Source: a virus. Taken from it: 64,000 nucleotides of DNA. The notes beneath the pieces are model-generated. The model saw only the letters and a list, made by a program, of their open reading frames with translations, made no database searches and was not told the origin of the DNA. Within the stretch, counting starts at the first letter, position 1; each line of letters begins with the position of its first letter. This document shows, in pieces, positions 62,491 through 64,000 of this stretch. The position numbers and the translations under genes are program-made. The stretch is taken from positions 3,302 through 67,301 of IMG/VR virus record IMGVR_UViG_3300028585_000003; one strand, written 5' to 3'.

Positions 62491-64000
62491 ATGAAGATTT
62501 TTGACGACGTATCACCCGGCAATCCCCTTGCCACCCTCAAGCTCGCGCGCGAGCTGGCGCAGCTCAAGAAGGAGCGCGCCACCATCCCGGCCGACGCCGA
62601 CACGAAAGCGAAGATGCGCCTGCTGAAAATCGGCGTGCGCGTGCGCGAGATCGTGCAGGCACTTGGCCGCCGCCCTGCCCCGGCACCAGCACCAGCACCA
62701 GCACCCGCCATCGTGCCGCCTGTCGGCACCCCGGCGACCGTTACCGACCACTTCTACCCGGATGAAGGAAGCCGCACCAAGGGCCAGCGCCAGCGCGACA
62801 ACAACGCGGCGATTGCCCTGCTGGCGAAGATCAAAGCCGGTGAGGTGGCCGTGACGGACGCCGAGCGCGCCATCCTGGCGAAGTACAGCGGCAACGGCGG
62901 CGGTCTGGTGGACGCCAACGGCATGACCGGCTCGCCCTACGAGTATTACACCCCGAAGCCGATTGCAAAGGCCATGTGGACCCTGCTGGAAGAACTGGGC
63001 TTCGCTGGCGGCACCGTGCTCGACCCGTCGGCCGGCTCCGGCGTGTTCACGGCCACGCGCCCGGCCAGCGCCGTAATGTCCCAGGTCGAGCTGGACGAAA
63101 CCAGCGGCGGCATCAACGGCGCGATTAACGACGGCCCGACCGTCAGCACCACCATTTCCCCATTCGAGGCAGTGGCCGCCGCGACGCCGGACGAAATCTA
63201 TGATGCCGTCGTCACCAACGTGCCATTTGGCGATCTGGCGATGCGCGGCGACAACCCGCTGAAAGACAAGCGCTTCCAGAAGGCGAATTTGCAGGAATAC
63301 TTCATCCTGCGCTCGCTGCAAAAGCTCAAGCCGAACGGGCTGGCCGCCTTCATCGTGCCGAAGTCGATTGTCTCGGGCCTGTCGTCCAAGGAATCGAAGC
63401 TGCGCACCAGCGCCTCGCTCATGGCCGAGTTCCTGGGCGCGTACCGCCTGCCGAACAGCATTTTCACGACGGCGGCCGCCGACGTGACCACCGACCTGAT
63501 CGTGTTCCGCAAGTTCTCGCGCGAGGCGGCCACGAAAATCGCCGAGGTGCAGGAGCAGAATCCGGGCCTGCTGGGCGAGGCGCGCGTGCTGTGGGATGAA
63601 TTCGTGTCCGGTAAATACTTCCTCGGCGAAGGCCGCAAGTACATCCTGGGCGAAGAAGGAACCACCACCGGCCGCTATGGCGAGGTGGCCGCGATCATCA
63701 ACAACGACAGCATCAGCAACATCGCCAAGCTCATCAAGCGCTTCCCGGCGTCGCACATCGACTGGGAGCTGCTGAACGCCGCCGAAACGACCCCGATCAC
63801 CTACGACGACGGCGACGTGATCCACTCGAACGGCCAAACGCTCGAATACAAGGATGGCGCGTGGGTGGCGCTGGAATCGGGCGCGGCCGAGGACGCGGAA
63901 ATGAAGGCTATCGGCCAGAAGGTGCAGACCCCGCTGGAATGCGTCAACAATGGCATCACCTGGGATCAGGCCGCGCGCTGGATCGGGCACGAAAACATCA
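62491..64000 (+). CDS. darB: DarB-like antirestriction protein, N-terminal N6-adenine methyltransferase domain (3'-truncated; absent from ORF track)
   Basis: Own translation: RDNNAAIALL, KYSGNGG, EYYTPKPIA, VLDPSAGSG (motif I), VVTNVPFG (motif IV), GAYRLPNSIF, TDLIVFRK; frame open to window end. Confidence 0.8.
   Translation, partial: MKIFDDVSPGNPLATLKLARELAQLKKERATIPADADTKAKMRLLKIGVRVREIVQALGRRPAPAPAPAPAPAIVPPVGTPATVTDHFYPDEGSRTKGQRQRDNNAAIALLAKIKAGEVAVTDAERAILAKYSGNGGGLVDANGMTGSPYEYYTPKPIAKAMWTLLEELGFAGGTVLDPSAGSGVFTATRPASAVMSQVELDETSGGINGAINDGPTVSTTISPFEAVAAATPDEIYDAVVTNVPFGDLAMRGDNPLKDKRFQKANLQEYFILRSLQKLKPNGLAAFIVPKSIVSGLSSKESKLRTSASLMAEFLGAYRLPNSIFTTAAADVTTDLIVFRKFSREAATKIAEVQEQNPGLLGEARVLWDEFVSGKYFLGEGRKYILGEEGTTTGRYGEVAAIINNDSISNIAKLIKRFPASHIDWELLNAAETTPITYDDGDVIHSNGQTLEYKDGAWVALESGAAEDAEMKAIGQKVQTPLECVNNGITWDQAARWIGHENI

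Larger units (their letters stand above)
1..64000. mobile_element. Internal segment of a P1-like-virion, lambdoid-switch phage-plasmid (both ends run off the window)
   Basis: Terminase, baseplate, fibres, prohead protease, cI/cro, Stb-type partition genes and a dif-like site; no host housekeeping genes and no integrase seen. Confidence 0.85.

Noticed and set aside
3450-62680. Apparent KOPS (GGGNAGGG) polarity converging on the dif-like site
   Set aside because: Most hits are CCCTGCCC from Leu-Pro codons following gene orientation, and a counter-example exists near 17024; needs a full count
62512-63990. 492-aa minus-strand ORF in the track
   Set aside because: Antisense shadow of the plus-strand darB-like gene, which has clear methyltransferase motifs
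1-64000. CRISPR array, DGR/retron, rRNA, tRNA, integrase, protelomerase or Cre/loxP
   Set aside because: No repeat-spacer array, RT motifs, structural RNA genes or tyrosine recombinase motifs recognised; they could lie outside the window

Overview
The whole window is an internal ~64 kb piece of a large, GC-rich temperate myovirus-like phage-plasmid, probably infecting a betaproteobacterium (Oxalobacteraceae-like, inferred from one HTH family). No host chromosomal genes, rRNA, tRNA, CRISPR array, integrase or reverse transcriptase were recognised. Layout: tail fibre module (1-3.7 kb); stbABC/traKLM-like plasmid stability operon with an ori-like region (3.7-5.9 kb); leftward recombination operon (ParB-like, RdgC-FtsK-gamma fusion, exonuclease, annealing protein); lambdoid cI/cro switch and an O-like initiator with internal iterons; P1 PacA/PacB-type terminase; a ~15 kb island of small leftward accessory genes (nucleotidyltransferase, PinR-like resolvase, stand-alone LigA domain Ia) interrupted by an intact XerC/D dif-like site; P1-type baseplate, prohead protease and second tail fibre genes; and a Dar-like polyvalent-protein cluster ending in a truncated DarB methyltransferase that the ORF track misses. 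The best leads are: (i) the dif-like site together with a phage-encoded FtsK-gamma domain; (ii) five late promoters with an exactly spaced TAGGAAAA-N29-(-10) signature; (iii) five sigma70 promoters sharing a TGAGCGCA spacer operator; (iv) conjugative-plasmid-type Stb genes in a phage; (v) a reshuffled Dar cargo cluster with a LamG-repeat-Ig-PPase-DarA fusion and shared candidate packaging/cleavage motifs. All family assignments are by eye from remembered motifs, not database searches.
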